Under the pieces are notes generated by a model. It saw only the letters and a program-made list of their open reading frames with translations, ran no database searches and was not told the DNA's origin. A stretch of DNA of 64,000 nucleotides from positions 2,888 through 66,887 of IMG/VR virus record IMGVR_UViG_3300019927_000008. The stretch is one strand, 5' to 3'. The position numbers and the translations under genes are program-made. This DNA is from a virus. Positions 10,031 to 20,784 of the stretch are shown here, piece after piece (positions within the stretch are counted from its first letter, which is position 1; each line of letters begins with the position of its first letter).

Positions 10031-10531
10031 ATGACAGAGAACACCGAAGCTGTTGCTGAAGAAGAGCCTGAAGAAGATAGTGCGAACATCAGCCGTCTCC
10101 GAGAGATGGCACTCCGTGGTGACGACTATCGTGAAGTCATCGAGGACTTCACGTACTACGGGTTGGAGGGCGACCTCTACGTCCGTCCGCTGACAGACCC
10201 CGAGTTCCTTCCCATCGCTTCCTTCCTCGAAGAGCGCCTTGGCCTCGATCCCGAGGAAGCTCAGGAAGCGATGGAGGAAGAGAAGGACGGTCAGGGCAAC
10301 ATCAGCGCCGAGCAGTTCGACAAGGAATTTGTCGCCATCATGCACCAAGCGGCGGCAACGGGGATCGACACAACCCAAGGCATCGCAGAGGGCGAAGACG
10401 AAGAGGGTGTCGCTGAAATTCTGAAAATGCTTCAGGGTGGCAAGTCCCTCGTGATCGCAGAACGGGTGTTGGAAATCTCGTCTGACGCCGAGAAGGCCGA
10501 GCAGTTTCGCAGAGATGGGGGCGGCGAGTAG
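10031..10531 (+). CDS. Tail assembly chaperone (gpG-like)
   Basis: Between tube and tape measure; ends in GGG GGC GGC GAG TAG. Confidence 0.7.
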   Translation: MTENTEAVAEEEPEEDSANISRLREMALRGDDYREVIEDFTYYGLEGDLYVRPLTDPEFLPIASFLEERLGLDPEEAQEAMEEEKDGQGNISAEQFDKEFVAIMHQAAATGIDTTQGIAEGEDEEGVAEILKMLQGGKSLVIAERVLEISSDAEKAEQFRRDGGGE

Positions 10532-10823
10532 TTTCAAAAACAGGATAGAGAACCATTCGAATGGAATCACCGACCTTCCCGGTGTAGACCACATGGGGGA
10601 CCTGACTCCGTTTCAGAATCAGGTTCTCGACGCCGCTCAACGGAAGGAAGCTGAAGAGAAAGAGCGGAAACGCGAAGAAGCGAGGAACAACAGCGGCGGT
10701 GGTGGACAGCCGAGCCGACCTCGCAACTCTCGCGCTGGTGGTGGCGATGGAATGGGCGGTGAAGAAACCGTCCGGTACGTCAACGAATCCGAACAACCCG
10801 ATCACGAAATCCACGATAACTAA
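10515..10823 (+). CDS. Frameshift extension of tail assembly chaperone (gpT-like)
   Basis: Overlaps the chaperone 3' end in the +1/-2 frame and stops exactly at the tape measure start (TAATG). Confidence 0.6.
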   Translation: MGAASSFKNRIENHSNGITDLPGVDHMGDLTPFQNQVLDAAQRKEAEEKERKREEARNNSGGGGQPSRPRNSRAGGGDGMGGEETVRYVNESEQPDHEIHDN

Positions 10824-13240
10824 TGGCAGTCGATATTGACATTAACCTTGACGCTGAGGGTGTCCAATCCCGAATTAACGGGATTGCCGGATCACTTGAA
10901 GCTCTGCAACGTGCGGCTGATGATCTGGATATTGACGCCGATGCAGACTTCAGCGAGATCACCGACGAGATCGCTGAAGCGATGGATGCACTCGGGGACA
11001 TCGACTTCGATAAGAAGCTTGATGGGATCGCACAGAGTCTCAGCCAAGCGGCTGACGATCTCGAAGACGCCCTGAACGCTGAGATCGAAGTCAGCCACGT
11101 TGACGCGGAAACTAACGACGGGGAAAGTAGTGGGGACGATCCTCCCCGTGACCGCAGTCCGAAAGTCAGCGAGATTAGCGGCCTCAACAACATTCTGGAA
11201 GAAATGCTTGAGGGGCCGGTCGCTGGTGAAATGTCGTCGAGTTTCGACGAAGAAAAATTCAAGGCTAACCTCGCTTCTGCGTCTGGATTTAACGAAGATC
11301 AGTTCAAAATCCTTGGTGATTACGACCAAGATCAACTGAAAGAGATTTCGAAGAAACTCGATACGACGACACAGCGTCTCACGAGCGAAGAATACGATCA
11401 CATCTCCGCACCTCAGGAAGCGAACTTCGGACCCGGAGATAACTTCCATACTGAAGAGAAGGACTTCAGTTCGATGGATTGGCAACAGGTGCAACAACAC
11501 GCATCTGATGCCGGAGTCTACACCCAAAACGCTGATAGGGAAACTCTGGAGCGTCGTCTTCGGAGCCAACTTCAGCGAGACGGGTTAGAAATTCGTGTAG
11601 ACACCGAGAAGCTCGGAAAGGTCAGCCTCAAACAGGCGATGGACCGAAATCCGGACATCAATGCTCCGGAAACTGGTGGAGGTTTCGGTGACTTCAACAA
11701 CAACGATCCTCTCGTCGAGTTACTCGCAGACTCTCTCGCTGAAGCGAAGCTCGATGCTCTGAAAAATACCCAAAGCTTCGGTCTTGGTCGAGACGGTCTT
11801 CATCAGTTTGACGATGCGGGACTGAACGACGATATTCGTCGTTCCGAACTTTCTGATGGGGAACTATTGGACATCTACAACGAAGACCGTGGTGGGATGC
11901 CTGAAGGAGACTTCAGACCTCCCATCCCCGACATGGACACTCCCGATACTGACATGAGGGAGGTCTATGACGGGGAGATGGACACGGACTTCTTCAAGGC
12001 CTTCCAGAAGGACGATCACTCTCAGGTCTTCAAAGGGTTCGGTTCACGGCTCGACGGCCTGAAGCCGACGATGGGTAAGTATATGCAGGTCCTCGCGGCC
12101 CTCATTCCCATCGCCGTGGCGTTGGCCCCCGCCCTTCTCGGTGTCGCAAGCGCGATGGGGGCCGTGGCCGGTGCTGGTGTTGCGATGATCGGGATTGGTC
12201 TAATCGGCCATGCCGAATCCATGAGTGGTGCGTTCGCTTCAGCAGAAGAGCGTGTCCGTGGCTTGAAACGTCAAATCTTCCAAACGATTCAGCCTACTGC
12301 ACGGCTCTTCGCTCCAATCCAAGCTGAAGCGTTCGAACGTATTCCCGGTGCGATCAGGCCGATCTCTGAAGAGCTTCAAAAACTAACTTCGTTCAAAGAT
12401 ACAGTCTTCGCGGCTGGTGGCTCTCTGTCTTCGGGTCTTCAGAGTTTCATCTCTCTGATCGCTTCGAACGAAGACAAGATCACACAACTCACACTTCGCT
12501 TCTTGGAGTTGACGCAAGTTGGAATCCTGAACTTCTTCAGGTTCCTCTTCAACGAAGCGTATCGTAGTCAGGACCTCTTCATCAAGGTCGGTAGGGTTCT
12601 CAAGAGCCTGATCGTTACGTTCTTCAACGTCTCGAAGGCTATCGCTCGGGTTCTCTCAACCCTCGGTCCTGTGATTCGACTGTTCGCAGGATTCAGTTCC
12701 TTGCTGAATAACAAGATCGTCGTTGCGATCTTGGGCTTCGTTTCGGTCGCTTACCTCACCATCGGAGTCCTCTCGAAGCTCGGCCTCGCCGCTTACGGAG
12801 CGTTCTCCGCGCTCGGTATGTTCGGAAGTGCTGGCTTCATTGGCTCGATGATTGCGGGACTGACAACGGTGATGGCCCACGTCACAGCTCTCATCATGGA
12901 GCTTACCGCCCTTCAATTTCAGGCGGCAACGACGGCGGCGGCCTTGGCCCTTACCGGAGTCGGAGCAATCGCAGTCGGTGCTGGTGCGCTCGCCGCAGGT
13001 TCGATCATGGCTGGAAATGATGGAATCAGAGAAGGCGGCCCCGGAGCAGGTGGCTTCCCGCGAGAGGGAGACACCATCAACAACGAGTACAACTTCACGA
13101 ACTACGGAGACATGGACTCCGCTTCTGAAGAGCGGTTCCGAACCGAGTTCAGTCGATTGGAGGGAGAAAACAAAGCGATGCAAGCTCCTGATCCTGAAGT
13201 TGGTTCAAGCTCTTCGACAACCAGCGGGCCTTCAGCTTAA
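10823..13240 (+). CDS. Tape measure protein
   Basis: 805 aa, helical, Ala/Gly-rich hydrophobic C-terminal half, canonical position. Confidence 0.85.
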   Translation: MAVDIDINLDAEGVQSRINGIAGSLEALQRAADDLDIDADADFSEITDEIAEAMDALGDIDFDKKLDGIAQSLSQAADDLEDALNAEIEVSHVDAETNDGESSGDDPPRDRSPKVSEISGLNNILEEMLEGPVAGEMSSSFDEEKFKANLASASGFNEDQFKILGDYDQDQLKEISKKLDTTTQRLTSEEYDHISAPQEANFGPGDNFHTEEKDFSSMDWQQVQQHASDAGVYTQNADRETLERRLRSQLQRDGLEIRVDTEKLGKVSLKQAMDRNPDINAPETGGGFGDFNNNDPLVELLADSLAEAKLDALKNTQSFGLGRDGLHQFDDAGLNDDIRRSELSDGELLDIYNEDRGGMPEGDFRPPIPDMDTPDTDMREVYDGEMDTDFFKAFQKDDHSQVFKGFGSRLDGLKPTMGKYMQVLAALIPIAVALAPALLGVASAMGAVAGAGVAMIGIGLIGHAESMSGAFASAEERVRGLKRQIFQTIQPTARLFAPIQAEAFERIPGAIRPISEELQKLTSFKDTVFAAGGSLSSGLQSFISLIASNEDKITQLTLRFLELTQVGILNFFRFLFNEAYRSQDLFIKVGRVLKSLIVTFFNVSKAIARVLSTLGPVIRLFAGFSSLLNNKIVVAILGFVSVAYLTIGVLSKLGLAAYGAFSALGMFGSAGFIGSMIAGLTTVMAHVTALIMELTALQFQAATTAAALALTGVGAIAVGAGALAAGSIMAGNDGIREGGPGAGGFPREGDTINNEYNFTNYGDMDSASEERFRTEFSRLEGENKAMQAPDPEVGSSSSTTSGPSA

Positions 13241-13252
13241 CGGATCATAAAA

Positions 13253-13789
13253 ATGAAAGAAGCACTCTACGAACTGGACATCCCTGATGATCCGACTGAA
13301 ACTCTTCCGTTCGAAGTAGAAGCGGAAGACGCTGATTTCTCCTTCGCTCCATACTACTACCCTGACCGCTTCCCACAGAAGAAGGAGCGGGAACTGAACC
13401 GAAACGGTCAGCAGAGCGGTGGTGAAGGAGTAACAATCAAGAAGACGAAGAATCCTGATTTCCACGTCGCGGGGATCGTCCTCGCAGAGCAAGTCGGGAC
13501 TCTCAAACGACTTCTCGATTACAACGATACGGTTTCAGTCTACTCTCCGTTGAATCCTACAGGTGGTATTCAGTCCATCGTGAAGGGTGGAGAGGTAGAC
13601 GCGAATCCCGAGGGTTACGACCCTCTGAAAGAACAATGGCAGTTCAAATATACGATAGATATTGTTAGTACCGGCTTCGACGAGAACGACCGGACTAACA
13701 ACCAGATCGTTTCTGCCATCGTGAACGACGAAAACACGATAGACAACGGTCAGCTTCCTAACTCCGACAACACCCAACCCTTCCAATAA
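13253..13789 (+). CDS. Baseplate/tail tube initiator-like protein
   Basis: Synteny after tape measure. Confidence 0.45.
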   Translation: MKEALYELDIPDDPTETLPFEVEAEDADFSFAPYYYPDRFPQKKERELNRNGQQSGGEGVTIKKTKNPDFHVAGIVLAEQVGTLKRLLDYNDTVSVYSPLNPTGGIQSIVKGGEVDANPEGYDPLKEQWQFKYTIDIVSTGFDENDRTNNQIVSAIVNDENTIDNGQLPNSDNTQPFQ

Positions 13790-15351
13790 TGTCATCTTCG
13801 AGAAACCGCTGGACGTTCCACTTTCCGAAAACCTCCGGCACGCATGGCGGTTTTGAAATCGCTCCTTACGAGATGACATTCAAAATGAGGCGTGGGGAGT
13901 TTGACTTCGCACGCGCTCAGTTCAATAACCAAGTCGGGGATATGATTCAGAAACACACCGATCCGAAGAACGATGATGCTCAACTCGTCGAGGCACAGCC
14001 TGTTGAGATCATGTTCAACGGTGAGCGTCTTCACACACTTTATTTCGCACCCGACTACGTAACCTACGGTGACGACGCTACGCATATCGAGCTTCACGAT
14101 ATGCAGGAATCTCTGGACACAGGGATTGTTGACAAAAAATGGGGAGAAGTAAGTCTTCAAGACGCTTACAAATACGTTTTCGAAAAACGCAACAACAATC
14201 TCCTGAAGGACATCAAATTCAGCATCCCCGAACAGGTTGATACTCAACTCACCCCTTCACGGATCAACACCGGCCCGGTTCCGATCATCAGGGTTCCCGT
14301 TGACACGATTATAGAGCGAGAAGGTGGGGAGAATGAACGTGTTATAAAGGGCAAATACACTCTCGACTTCGACAACATCAGCCCTGCGAAGGCGATCTGG
14401 AAGATGAACAAGCAGTTTGGTCTTCTCACTTGGACTGATGAAGACCACAACTTGTGGGTCGGGACTCCGGAGACGATGATGACGCCTCACATCGCCGCTC
14501 CTGACGACACTCGGGTCTGGCGCTACGATAGCGATGCTGTCAACGTAAGCCATCCGAAAGACCCGATTTACGCGGTCATCATTGAGGGAAGGTGGATGGA
14601 CGAAGAGGGGATCGGGAGTACCGATGACATCTTAGATTGGTTCACCCAAACAGGAGAGAGCGAAGCTATCGGAAACTCGGATGACGACGAAAACGAACGT
14701 GGTTTCGGGGATTATCGAGCAGAAGGAGTTGCTGTTCGACCTAATGTTGATAAGCGAGAAGGCCGGGTTATCAAAAAGAAAGACGTAGACGCCAAGAAGG
14801 ATTCTCTTGATGATCTTGCTCTGAAACAACTTCGGGAAGAGAGTCGAAGTCAAAACAACGGTTCGGTAGACATCGTTCCCGAGCTTTCGGGAGAAGAAGT
14901 CAGCCGACTTGTTGATCTGGACATTGGTGACGTTCTTCAGTTAGTTCCGAATGACGATTGGTTCAAAATCCCACAACAAGATTCGGGAAGCCTGAATGGT
15001 CCCGATCCTGATATTGAACCTCCGTTCGGTGGTCACGTTCATAATGAAGCTTACAATGTGAACGGGATCACGCACGAACTAAGTCAAGGAAACTGGACTA
15101 TGAACGTCCAAATTTCGATGTTTCAAGATATGCAGGTCGGAAGTTTCCTTCGCTTCTTCGACCCACGGTCGGGGAAATTCCTCAAAGAGGAAGACGTGTA
15201 CCTCGACGCAGATGGCATCATTCCCGACTTCTTGGATCACCCCTTCGAGAGGTCTTCTATCATGAACCAACCCAATACAAGAATTAATGAAGACGGTGAA
15301 GTCGTCGAAGTAGATGAAGACGATGAACTGTCTGTCCGAACCAGAGATTAA
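13789..15351 (+). CDS. Baseplate hub protein (gpD/gp27-like)
   Basis: 520 aa; synteny before spike and PAAR-like genes. Confidence 0.6.
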   Translation: MSSSRNRWTFHFPKTSGTHGGFEIAPYEMTFKMRRGEFDFARAQFNNQVGDMIQKHTDPKNDDAQLVEAQPVEIMFNGERLHTLYFAPDYVTYGDDATHIELHDMQESLDTGIVDKKWGEVSLQDAYKYVFEKRNNNLLKDIKFSIPEQVDTQLTPSRINTGPVPIIRVPVDTIIEREGGENERVIKGKYTLDFDNISPAKAIWKMNKQFGLLTWTDEDHNLWVGTPETMMTPHIAAPDDTRVWRYDSDAVNVSHPKDPIYAVIIEGRWMDEEGIGSTDDILDWFTQTGESEAIGNSDDDENERGFGDYRAEGVAVRPNVDKREGRVIKKKDVDAKKDSLDDLALKQLREESRSQNNGSVDIVPELSGEEVSRLVDLDIGDVLQLVPNDDWFKIPQQDSGSLNGPDPDIEPPFGGHVHNEAYNVNGITHELSQGNWTMNVQISMFQDMQVGSFLRFFDPRSGKFLKEEDVYLDADGIIPDFLDHPFERSSIMNQPNTRINEDGEVVEVDEDDELSVRTRD

Positions 15352-15734
15352 TGGAACACGGAATCATCACAGCAGTTCGATACAAAAAGGGGGTGGTACT
15401 CTGTGACGTTCAGCCTATTCGGGTAAACACACAGTACGACAATGTTCCCGTGACGAAATCCTTTGATGGATTTCATGCAATGCCGAAGCTCGGTCAGAAA
15501 GTCGGGATGATTAAACTTTCTGACGATGAACGGTTCATCACCGAAGTCATCGCTCGAAATCCGGATGGAAATTTCCCTGACTCGATGAAAAAGGGGGAAG
15601 TCGTCCTTCAGCTCGATAGCGAAACGAAACTCGCCTTCAGGAAAAACGAGAATGACAATTACGACGTGACTCTGGAAGCTTCTGGACATCTTCAGCTAAC
15701 CGGAGATACAGTTGACGTGAAGGTCAAAAATTAA
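15351..15734 (+). CDS. Baseplate spike protein (gpV-like)
   Basis: N-terminal OB-fold-like region with MPKLGQKV motif. Confidence 0.6.
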   Translation: MEHGIITAVRYKKGVVLCDVQPIRVNTQYDNVPVTKSFDGFHAMPKLGQKVGMIKLSDDERFITEVIARNPDGNFPDSMKKGEVVLQLDSETKLAFRKNENDNYDVTLEASGHLQLTGDTVDVKVKN

Positions 15735-15735
15735 A

Positions 15736-16104
15736 ATGCCAACTAAAAAAGTCGCAGTCGTTAGCGCGAACTGTGAAGCGACTGGACACCCCGGAGAGTG
15801 CCAAGAGCCGGTTCCCGGTGAAGTCCAAGACGCTGATGGAGATACTGACTTCACAGTCAATGGCGTTCCTGTAGCAGATCACTCTGATGTGATGCACTTC
15901 GATAGCCACGCGCACTCCTATTCCGGCGATCCTCCGAAGTGTGGAGGCTACACAGACCACGATCTCACTCCCGATCAGGACCACGGTTTCACGGTTAACG
16001 GCGAGCCTGTAATGCGAGAAGGTGACAGTACCACCGACCCAAGTAGCGGTGGAACAGCAGAAATTCTGGATTCTGGTGGTAGCGATCTCACAATCACAAC
16101 ATGA
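15736..16104 (+). CDS. PAAR-like spike tip protein
   Basis: Repeated VNGVPVA/VNGEPVMREGD segments with Cys/His metal ligands. Confidence 0.75.
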   Translation: MPTKKVAVVSANCEATGHPGECQEPVPGEVQDADGDTDFTVNGVPVADHSDVMHFDSHAHSYSGDPPKCGGYTDHDLTPDQDHGFTVNGEPVMREGDSTTDPSSGGTAEILDSGGSDLTITT

Positions 16105-16424
16105 AGGATGTTAGCCTAAATCAATTCTTTTCGATCCATTCCGATGACAACACCGGAGACATTGGAACAGTCGAAGGTCGAGAAGCCTTCGAACAGGCTG
16201 TTGTGGTGCTTCTGAATAGACTTCAGCTACAGGACTTAGGAGAGTCTTCTCAAACAGTTCCGGAGAAAGTTCGTCAGAAGGTCACTCGGGTCGCGGCTTA
16301 CTTCGACGAAATAGAATCGGTTTCCGATCTTTCAGTACACAGATCGAATCAGAATCAAACGACAATCGTTGTGGAAATCGTCTACGACACAGGCGGTTAT
16401 TTCCAAGAACAAACTAATCTCTAA
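16101..16424 (+). CDS. Baseplate wedge protein (gp25/gpW-like)
   Basis: GDIGTVEGREAFEQ pattern; synteny before gpJ. Confidence 0.6.
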   Translation: MKDVSLNQFFSIHSDDNTGDIGTVEGREAFEQAVVVLLNRLQLQDLGESSQTVPEKVRQKVTRVAAYFDEIESVSDLSVHRSNQNQTTIVVEIVYDTGGYFQEQTNL

Positions 16425-17710
16425 TGGGTGACATCGTAGACGGGCGGTTCCAAGAAGATACAGTTGACGCGATCCTCGACGTGATGATCGCTGACCTCGA
16501 AGCTGAGTGGGACGAAGACCTTCCACCGGGGAAATCATCGGCTGTTCGAGAACTGTACCGTCCGATAGCTACACGGCTGGCACAGACGCAGAGAGACATC
16601 GGGCTTATCCTCGATGCCTCTCAAGTTGAATACGCCACAGGGACCGCTCTCGACCTTCTCGTAGCTCTCATCGGAGTGACCCGAGACGGAGCGATCCGAG
16701 CGGAGGGGACGGCGACCTTCTCGCGGTCAGACCCGGCAACTGTGGACTATCCAGTTCCGCAAGGAACGGTTGTCCAGACTGTCAGCAACACTCCACTTCG
16801 ATACGTGACAACAGAACAAGTCACTTTGACTGAAGGCACAACTTCGGTTGATGCAAAAATCGAGGCCGAATATCCCGGCGCAAAATGGAACGTCGGAGCC
16901 GGGATGATTGACGCTCTCGATTCTTCTGTAAGTGGAATTGAATCTGTAGACAACGCAGAAGCTATCATCGGAGGTGTTGACCCCGAGACTGACGACGAAT
17001 TGCGCGAACGAGCGCAAGAAGAATTGGCTAACGGCGCGAAGGCGACGGGTCCGGCCCTCGTTTCTGGCGTGAGGTCTGTCGAAGGTGTAACCAATGTCAC
17101 AGTCCTCATCAACGACACCCCTGACGAGAATGGTCGGGGATACGGACTCCCGGCTAACTCCTTCGAACTGATCGTTACGAGCGATGGTCAACAGGATACT
17201 CGGGAAGCCGCCGCGCAAGCGGTAATGGATACGAAAGCTGTCGGGGACCCCTCGATTTCAGGAGTCAACGGCCAAGCTCTCGATGATTCTCTCAGCTACG
17301 TAGTTGAGGGTGAAATCGAAACCGAACTTCCGAACGGCCAGACACACCCCGTTGGCTTCTCGGAGTCCGTGAAGGTGGAAATATTCGTGGACGCTTCCTT
17401 CACCTACGATCCGGAAGAGTACCCCGGAGACGAGGCCGCCCAAGACTCCATCGTAGACTACATCGGAGGGTACACTAACTCCGGCTTCGAGCAGGACGGT
17501 CAGCTCTTCACGAACGACGACGTTCTGTACGGGGAAGTCGAATACGCCCTCCGCTCCGTTCCCGGCGTTTACGACGTATCGAGTCTTGAAATCGGACTCT
17601 CTGACGATCCTACTGGAACTTCCAACATCGACATCGGAGCTTTCGAACAAGCCATTACAGACGCACGAGATGGCGCACCGAACCTCACACTAACTTCAAC
17701 TGAAAAGTAA
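16424..17710 (+). CDS. Baseplate J-like protein
   Basis: ATGTALD...GVTR, GGVDPETDDELRER and VRSVEGV motifs. Confidence 0.9.
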   Translation: MGDIVDGRFQEDTVDAILDVMIADLEAEWDEDLPPGKSSAVRELYRPIATRLAQTQRDIGLILDASQVEYATGTALDLLVALIGVTRDGAIRAEGTATFSRSDPATVDYPVPQGTVVQTVSNTPLRYVTTEQVTLTEGTTSVDAKIEAEYPGAKWNVGAGMIDALDSSVSGIESVDNAEAIIGGVDPETDDELRERAQEELANGAKATGPALVSGVRSVEGVTNVTVLINDTPDENGRGYGLPANSFELIVTSDGQQDTREAAAQAVMDTKAVGDPSISGVNGQALDDSLSYVVEGEIETELPNGQTHPVGFSESVKVEIFVDASFTYDPEEYPGDEAAQDSIVDYIGGYTNSGFEQDGQLFTNDDVLYGEVEYALRSVPGVYDVSSLEIGLSDDPTGTSNIDIGAFEQAITDARDGAPNLTLTSTEK

Positions 17711-17713
17711 CTC

Positions 17714-18382
17714 ATGACTGTTGATACCAGCCCACCCGGAGACTACGACGACAACCTTGAGTGGTTGATCGACTCTCTCCCGGCTTATCTGAACAAAGAA
17801 GAGGGAAGGGGTAACGAAGACTTCCTCCGGGCAGTTGCGAACCAACTCGATGGAATTGAGGATAGCCTCAACGAAGTCGATGACGCGCAAAACGTCCAGA
17901 ACGCCCGGACAAAGGAACAGATCGACCGTCTCGCAACTCTGGTTGGTGTCAGTAAGAAAGCGAATGAATCGGTTGAACACTACCGCGCTCGAACGATTGC
18001 TCGGTATCAACTAAACACATCCTCGGGGACCGTAGGCGACCTTCTCGCTTCTTTCTCCGCGACGTTCAGTATCGACCAAGATCAGGTGTGGTACGCTGAT
18101 TGGTCGAAGCTCTACGACATGAACCGAGATGTGTTCTTCCTTCCTTATGAAGACGTGAAGGCCCATCCCCTGAACGACAGCGACATCCCTGACTTAGTAG
18201 GACGGCAGAGCGCGGCAGGGAAGACAGTACAAGCGATGTACGATGGGCCGCTTCGCCCGATCTCCGAAACAAACTACCAATCGACAGCGAACTGGACTGG
18301 CTACGAAATTACGCCGGTCGAACTAAACGACGATGGGAGCATCCCCGATGGACCAACTCCCGGCGGCCTTCTCGATACATAA
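17714..18382 (+). CDS. Baseplate wedge protein (gpI-like)
   Basis: Follows gpJ; IDRLATLVGV...YRAR pattern. Confidence 0.6.
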   Translation: MTVDTSPPGDYDDNLEWLIDSLPAYLNKEEGRGNEDFLRAVANQLDGIEDSLNEVDDAQNVQNARTKEQIDRLATLVGVSKKANESVEHYRARTIARYQLNTSSGTVGDLLASFSATFSIDQDQVWYADWSKLYDMNRDVFFLPYEDVKAHPLNDSDIPDLVGRQSAAGKTVQAMYDGPLRPISETNYQSTANWTGYEITPVELNDDGSIPDGPTPGGLLDT

Positions 18383-18385
18383 CCC

Positions 18386-19771
18386 ATGGCATACGATAGT
18401 GAACTGACAACCTTCGAGGCTCCGTCTGAGAAACGGGCGGACCCCGGAGGGTGGTACTGGAGCAAAGAAGAACCGCTCGTTGCGGAGTACATGAACTTCC
18501 TAATCTACCATGCTTCGAAGGACATCCTTCATCTGGTAGATGTTACGGAAGGGAATAACGGCGAGAAGGTCGCTAATGCTGACAAGGTGGACGGCTTCGA
18601 AGCCGACGAACTTGGTGGCTTCTCTTACGTTCAATCGAGTACACCGACTGATCTCGCAAACGGAGGTTCGTGGTATAAAGACTCGAACGGCCTGCTCTAC
18701 ATCTCTGATGGTTCGGAGTACGATGTTCAGCCTGATGTAAACTATCAGGAGGAGACTGACTTCAATAGTTCTACTATCTACCCGGTTACGCACGAAGTTC
18801 CTCCTCGAACTTTCGTTGATCCCAACGGAAACATCAGGCTGATCGAGGAGCAGACAGTCGTTAACTTCGAGGACGGAATCAAGCCCAACCACCTTGAGTG
18901 GAGTTGGCCTACTCCGGCGACTCTGACTCAACAGACTGGAACTATCATCAGCGGAACTGCTTCTGGTGAACTTCCGTCCTCGGGGGCGACCGAGATAGCC
19001 ACACTAACTCGGAAAGTAGGAATCATCCAAGACTTCGAGGCAACGGTTCAGATGGACCTCGACGTAGCAACAAGTGGTGATTACGTCCGCGTTTCCTTCT
19101 CGGATGACGGGGGAACGCGAATCGGATTCATCCGGTTCAACGACAACTCCGGTCCTGTGGTCTGGACAGAACCCGGCGGCGGAACAACGACGGAACTACT
19201 CGCCGGATGGGACCCCAACACGAACTACGTGATGGAGGTCGATTGGGACTTCCCGAACGATCAAGCAGATGTTACCATTAACGGTACTACTGTCACGGTC
19301 CCTCTGAACACGAACGCAAACTCGAACTACAAGGACGTGGAGTTCACGAACGAAACCAGCAATTCTGGTTCTGCACGTTCGGTCTTCATTGACGATCTCC
19401 ACACCGGGGCGCGTGAAGCAGGAGAGGTTGTACTTTCTCCTGCTATTCCCGATCACAACCAAGGATGGGACATCTTCGACGTAGATCGAACCTTCGCAGG
19501 TGAAACAATCACCATCGACGTAGAAGACCCCGCCGGAAATGTCCTTATCTCGGACATTTCACCACGAGAAGACCTCTCGACAGCAATCAACGAAAGCGAT
19601 AACTTCCAACTTCGTTGTAAGTTCTCGCGCTCGAACAACGCAAACCAACCACAAATTTCCCGCATTTTCCGTCGCTGGACGCTTCGTGCTGGTAAGCACG
19701 GATTGACGGAATCTGAAAAGAACAAACTTCGCCGCAATCAGTTCGTCATCAGCAACCTCAACTCACGATAA
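18386..19771 (+). CDS. Tail fibre protein
   Basis: Follows the baseplate; NADKVDG fibre repeat and beta-rich lectin-like C-terminal part. Confidence 0.65.
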   Translation: MAYDSELTTFEAPSEKRADPGGWYWSKEEPLVAEYMNFLIYHASKDILHLVDVTEGNNGEKVANADKVDGFEADELGGFSYVQSSTPTDLANGGSWYKDSNGLLYISDGSEYDVQPDVNYQEETDFNSSTIYPVTHEVPPRTFVDPNGNIRLIEEQTVVNFEDGIKPNHLEWSWPTPATLTQQTGTIISGTASGELPSSGATEIATLTRKVGIIQDFEATVQMDLDVATSGDYVRVSFSDDGGTRIGFIRFNDNSGPVVWTEPGGGTTTELLAGWDPNTNYVMEVDWDFPNDQADVTINGTTVTVPLNTNANSNYKDVEFTNETSNSGSARSVFIDDLHTGAREAGEVVLSPAIPDHNQGWDIFDVDRTFAGETITIDVEDPAGNVLISDISPREDLSTAINESDNFQLRCKFSRSNNANQPQISRIFRRWTLRAGKHGLTESEKNKLRRNQFVISNLNSR

Positions 19772-19773
19772 TC

Positions 19774-20784
19774 ATGCCTGTTAACTACGGAGCCGCAATA
19801 GATGGAGACGTAACGTTTTCTTCCAATACGACACTCAAAACGATGGGTTCGTATCGGAATCTTACCGTTGAATCTGGAGTAACCGTAACTGTACCCCACG
19901 GTTCTGTTCTCCAAGTTACTGATACTCTAACCATTGAAGGAACAATAACCGTAAACAAACGGGCAGGTTCAAGTGGTTATCCAAAAGCCGGAGATGGCGC
20001 TGGTTGTTTCTTTGTGATGGCAAAAGAAATAGTGGGTAGCGGGACTATTAAATCCAATGGAGAAAGCGGTGGAAACATTGGGGGATACGATAGGTTTAAT
20101 AACTTAAATAGTTACGGAGAAAAGGGTCTTCCCCCTGCTCTTGCTGGATCATCAGATAACATCATAAAATCTGGTTCTGGTGGCGGTAATGACGCTGTTC
20201 AAAATAGTAGTTACTCAACTGCGGTCGGAAATGGAGGAGTCTCTGCTGGTAGCGTAACTTCACGCGATCTCCTTTCAGTCTGGATTGACGAGTGGATCGT
20301 TCCATCCGCATCCGTTTCTTCACTTCCGATGGCGAAAATTCTACCCGGAGGTGGCGGTGGTGGTGGGAAGCCTGCAAATACAAACGACGGAAATAGCGAA
20401 GATTCTTCTGGAGGAGGTGGCGCTGGAGGTTCCTGTGGTGGTCTTGGCGGTCAAGGTGCATCGGGGGGAAAATCCGCTAACACTCCGATAGTTGCAGGAG
20501 TTGGTGGTGGTGGCGCTGGAGGTGTTATCGCCATAATTTGTGAAAACATTTCTAACAGTCTACTTGTTGAAGCAACTGGAGGCCAAGGTGGTATATGTGC
20601 AACAGATAACTACCTTGATGGCGGTGGCGGTGGCGGCGGCGGTGGTGGTTTGGTTTTAGTCATTTCGACTAACAAACAACTTCCACAAACAAATCTTTCT
20701 GGAGGACCCCCCGGCGAACCCCGAAGCCCGCAACCCGGTGATGATGGTGTCCTTCAGCACATCGACATGAGTCTAATCCAATAA
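19774..20784 (+). CDS. Glycine-rich adhesin / receptor-binding protein
   Basis: Many poly-Gly tracts; visibly AT-richer codon usage than its neighbours; end of tail module. Confidence 0.7.
   Translation: MPVNYGAAIDGDVTFSSNTTLKTMGSYRNLTVESGVTVTVPHGSVLQVTDTLTIEGTITVNKRAGSSGYPKAGDGAGCFFVMAKEIVGSGTIKSNGESGGNIGGYDRFNNLNSYGEKGLPPALAGSSDNIIKSGSGGGNDAVQNSSYSTAVGNGGVSAGSVTSRDLLSVWIDEWIVPSASVSSLPMAKILPGGGGGGGKPANTNDGNSEDSSGGGGAGGSCGGLGGQGASGGKSANTPIVAGVGGGGAGGVIAIICENISNSLLVEATGGQGGICATDNYLDGGGGGGGGGGLVLVISTNKQLPQTNLSGGPPGEPRSPQPGDDGVLQHIDMSLIQ

Noticed and set aside
10501-10548. Classical -1 tail chaperone frameshift
   Set aside because: The -1 frame hits TAG at 10546-10548 and there is no X XXY YYZ heptamer before the stop.
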